DNA of 6,747 nucleotides from Escherichia coli (lineage in GTDB: Bacteria > Pseudomonadota > Gammaproteobacteria > Enterobacterales > Enterobacteriaceae). Position 1 is the first letter of the stretch. Each line of letters starts with the position of its first letter. The DNA lies in NCBI RefSeq assembly GCF_050320075.1, contig NZ_CP190024.1. One strand, given 5' to 3'. Below the pieces are notes generated by a model, which ran no database searches, had not been told where the DNA came from, and worked only from the letters and a program-made list of their open reading frames with translations. Positions 6,746 through 6,747 of the stretch are shown piece by piece. A program made the translations under genes and the position numbers.

Positions 6746-6747
6746 AC

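Overview
The window reads as a complete or near-complete small ColE2-type colicinogenic plasmid, linearised at the rep start codon. All calls are from reading the sequence and from recalled family sequences; no searches were run. In order: a ColE2-family Rep (primase-type initiator, 1-927) with its short origin just downstream; a ~60-100 bp block resembling the ColE1/pMB1 backbone, possibly a lagging-strand priming site; a divergent MobC / oriT / MobA mobilisation module of the RSF1010 (MobQ) type; an SOS-regulated operon of an E-group DNase colicin, an immunity protein that looks Im8-like, and a 47-aa lysis lipoprotein; then a cer-like Xer site and the rep leader with a candidate antisense copy-control RNA. 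The lysis gene is missing from the ORF track because it is short. This is a well-known plasmid architecture rather than a new system; the points most worth checking are the 6-bp spacer in the cer-like core, the ColE1-like block beside the ColE2 origin, and the uncharacterised C-terminal half of MobA.
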